A stretch of 19,264 nucleotides of DNA from Candidatus Asgardarchaeum abyssi (lineage in GTDB: Archaea; Asgardarchaeota; Asgardarchaeia; Asgardarchaeales; Asgardarchaeaceae). Below are positions 16,819-19,264 of the stretch, one piece after another. Within the stretch, counting starts at the first letter, position 1. Each line of letters opens with the position of its first letter. The stretch is taken from contig JBECUL010000019.1 of assembly GCA_040225955.1 (NCBI GenBank), positions 15,849 to 35,112 of the forward strand, written 5' to 3'. Position numbers and translations under genes: made by a program. The notes beneath the pieces were generated by a model. That model ran no database searches. It was not told the origin of the DNA and saw only the letters and a program-made list of their open reading frames with translations.

Positions 16819-17071
16819 TCAGCTAACTTTCTTCTTATGTAAAAACCAAGCAATATCCCTTTGCTCATGACTTTCTTTTTATTTCTTCCTTTGTCAAAAG
16901 AGGTGGAAGTAATACTTCATCTCTGGGTTTCCAATTTGCTGGCGTCATGACGTTGTGCTTTTCTATAATTTGAAGAGCGTCAATTATTCTTATGATCTCG
17001 TCGATGTTCCTACCCACATTTAGGGGGTAGTGAAGGATAGCTCTGATTACTCCTTCAAGGTCTATTATAAA
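16819..17071 (-). pseudogene. 5'-truncated, frameshifted peroxiredoxin (Prx6/1-Cys, archaeal TDXH-like) remnant
   Basis: The minus strand translates FIIDLEGVIRAILHYPLNVGRNIDEIIRIIDALQIIEKHNVMTPANWKPRDEVLLPP..., containing the hallmark GRNxDE and TPANW motifs. There is a stop at 16865-16867, and the natural tail DIAWFLHKKKVS* is in another frame. It has no start codon and no peroxidatic-Cys half. Confidence 0.88.
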
Positions 17072-17171
17072 ATTTTGATAAAAAAGTTTTTCCTAAAATA
17101 GCGAACAATAATATACAACATTTTAGCGATTATTCCGAACCTAATATACATATTTACGGTAGGTGGTTAGA

Positions 17172-17425
17172 ATGGATTTATTTGAATTTCTTTACAAACT
17201 TGGTGAAAAGTATGGATTGTCAAAACTTGATATTTTGGAAATGATACGCTTTTTAAATGGAACCATCCTGTTGCACAGTATGATGTATTATTGCGATTAT
17301 TTAAGGAACACGGAATTGAATTAGAATACTTAGATAAAGTACGATTAATGCAATTTTTCCCATATATAGATGTTCAGAGTTGGAGGGAAAAACGTGGAGG
17401 ATATAGATATAGAAAATCTCACTAA
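17172..17425 (+). other. Small gene split by a -1 frameshift (50 aa in frame 0, about 84 aa if shifted); programmed frameshift, pseudogene or sequencing error
   Basis: AGGTGG RBS plus ATG 17172 gives MDLFEFLYKLGEKYGLSKLDILEMIRF..., with a stop at 17322-17324. The -1 frame continues KWNHPVAQYDVLLRLFKEHGIELEYLDKVRLMQFFPYIDVQSWREKRGGYRYRKSH* to 17425. The junction is T TTA AAT (17252-17258). Confidence 0.55.
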
Positions 17426-17994
17426 ATTATCTTTTAACAGAAATAATTGATTTATGGATTAAAGTGTGTTTGCAAAAGGAAATGATTTATAGATTTATCA
17501 AAAGCCCTGTTGACGTATTAAGATTAAGTTGCATAGAAATGTTCAACAAATAGAGGATGTTGTGATTCAGAGAGTTTTTGTCAATATCTTTGGGTACTCG
17601 TATATATGGAATTTGTTCGTGTCTATTTCTTCGATATGCTCTACTAAGTCCAATTTTTTCATTTATTGGATCTGTTATATTTTCTTGCTCTACTGTATTT
17701 TCAGTTCTATAATTTTCTTGAGTATAAGTTCTTATTGTTTCATGTTTTGCAAAACGTTTCTCTTTTTTGGAAATATTCCTTTGCAAAACTAATACTGGCG
17801 ATTTAATGAAATATTGTATAAAATAAGGGTATGAGATAAATTACATAATACAGTTACAATCTTCTGGGCTTGACTGACAGTTGATAACCTATCCTTTGTC
17901 ATGAGATGAATAATTGAACTTTGATCGGCATCAATTTGTCGAAGAATGTTTTTACAATTTTGATATTGTGTGATCTTGTGGGAGATGTTACGTG

Positions 17995-19264
17995 ATGAGA
18001 ATTCGTATTAAAATGCTATATGGTCTGTTATTGTTCGTATTAGTATTTTCCATAGTAGGATCTGCTATTATTCAATATACAGGTTACAATGAAAACATCC
18101 AAATTGTAAATCAAGTTAGCAATATGGCCATATCTAATGTTATTGCTAGTAACGCAATAGATACTGAAAAGTATATTAAACAAATAACATTTATAGAGAG
18201 GAATCCGAATACTATCATGGATGAGTATGCCTATTTAGCAGCTGTTCCTAACAGTATTATTTATGATTCTGATGGCATAAAGTATATTTCACCCATCCTG
18301 TATGGCATGTCAGATATTGAGCAGTATTACTTAGAAGATTGGGCATCTTATCTTAATGGATGGCCTGGGACTACTATCATACACCTTGTTGGAGACTACA
18401 GTCCTGGCTTTAAGAGCAATGTGCTATCCTATTTTGAAGAAAGTTCATATCGTGAGTATTCAAGTAGCGATGCAATACAGTTTGCAAAGGATATTGCGAT
18501 AAGCAACTGGATAAATTCCAGCTATGCGGTATTAGCTCCTATAGATACGTCTCTAGGTGAGCACACATATTCCGGGTCTTTTACTGGAAACTTTTCAGAC
18601 ATATCTTGTGATAAGTATGTAAGCAGACTTGTTACATATGATTATAATGTATTATACTTTAGTTTCCCATATTTTGCAGAAAGTCCACATCCTTATAGTA
18701 ATAACATGAACCAGATCTATACTATACATGTAGATGGTGCAGTAGCATTAACTCTTCACTTTGAAAAAATTGATGTTGAAGAAAACTTTGACTACGTGCG
18801 AGTATATGATGGCCAATGGAATTTAATTGCAGAATATACAGGATATTATGAAGATGTATGGACGCCAAAAATTATCGGTAACGTTGCATACATTGAGCTA
18901 TGCACAGACTCTTCGGTTACTGCGTGGGGATTTGTTGTGGACCATTTAATATATTCAAAACCACCAATGCTAACATTGGATGGCGATTCATTTTCGTATG
19001 ACTTTTATGTTAATTCTAATGTCAATTATGTGTTAGCATACATATATACCAATGAAACTTCAAGTACAAAATCAGTAATAGGAGTTTATCTGAAAGACGC
19101 TAGTGGCAGGGTAGTTGATTATTCCATTGTTCCTGGTAGTGAACGTAGCTCTCGATCTGTAAATGTTTCTTATTTTGATATAGGCTATAGTGATAGACTG
19201 TTCTGGTTGAATAATATGGAGGGATACTACACAATCACATTCGAAGCAATAGATATTCCAGACG
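17995..19264 (+). CDS. Secreted or cell-surface protein with a CUB domain (3' end beyond the window)
   Basis: Open frame to the window edge, not listed in the ORF track. N-terminal signal/anchor MRIRIKMLYGLLLFVLVFSIVGSAII. CUB signature ESPHPYSNN...LHFEKIDVEENFDYVRVYDG...YTG...TDSSVTAWGF at about 18679-18942. The in-frame GTG at 17992 is an alternative start. Confidence 0.85.
   Translation, partial: MRIRIKMLYGLLLFVLVFSIVGSAIIQYTGYNENIQIVNQVSNMAISNVIASNAIDTEKYIKQITFIERNPNTIMDEYAYLAAVPNSIIYDSDGIKYISPILYGMSDIEQYYLEDWASYLNGWPGTTIIHLVGDYSPGFKSNVLSYFEESSYREYSSSDAIQFAKDIAISNWINSSYAVLAPIDTSLGEHTYSGSFTGNFSDISCDKYVSRLVTYDYNVLYFSFPYFAESPHPYSNNMNQIYTIHVDGAVALTLHFEKIDVEENFDYVRVYDGQWNLIAEYTGYYEDVWTPKIIGNVAYIELCTDSSVTAWGFVVDHLIYSKPPMLTLDGDSFSYDFYVNSNVNYVLAYIYTNETSSTKSVIGVYLKDASGRVVDYSIVPGSERSSRSVNVSYFDIGYSDRLFWLNNMEGYYTITFEAIDIPD

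Noticed and set aside
17487-17792. Overlapping ORFs 17487-17786 (-) and 17529-17792 (+)
   Set aside because: Both have TTG starts with no RBS and no recognisable motifs. Another minus-strand frame has protein-like pieces broken by stops, so this may be decayed coding DNA, but no call can be supported.

Overview
AT-rich, probably archaeal window (GGTGA/GGAGG ribosome-binding sites, TATA-like boxes, Pyrococcus-like Cmr2 N-terminus). The left 5.5 kb is the right-hand part of a long CRISPR array: 69 copies of a 37-bp repeat and 68 complete spacers of 38-55 nt. The array is probably transcribed on the + strand, with its leader outside the window. It is followed by a complete type III-B operon (cmr1, cas10/cmr2 with HD and GGDD motifs, cmr3-6). 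No cas6, cas1/cas2 or recognisable Csx1/Csm6 effector is in the window. The effector slot holds two translationally coupled genes: a 704-aa DHH/DHHA1 phosphoesterase fused to an unknown region ending in a CARF-like Rossmann domain, and a 438-aa unknown protein that also ends in a CARF-like domain. Downstream are a truncated peroxiredoxin pseudogene, a small gene split at a canonical -1 slippery heptamer, and a secreted CUB-domain protein running off the edge. Two main leads. (1) The DHH-CARF-like plus helical-CARF-like pair is a candidate new type III ancillary module. (2) The spacers are mostly antisense to coding sequence, and at least 6 (perhaps about 10) hit different members of one small 'NLTPH...PxTGP...RDxxGRI' protein family, which I recall resembling the Crn4 ring nuclease / candidate anti-CRISPR family. 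All domain calls are by eye and need HMM or structure confirmation.
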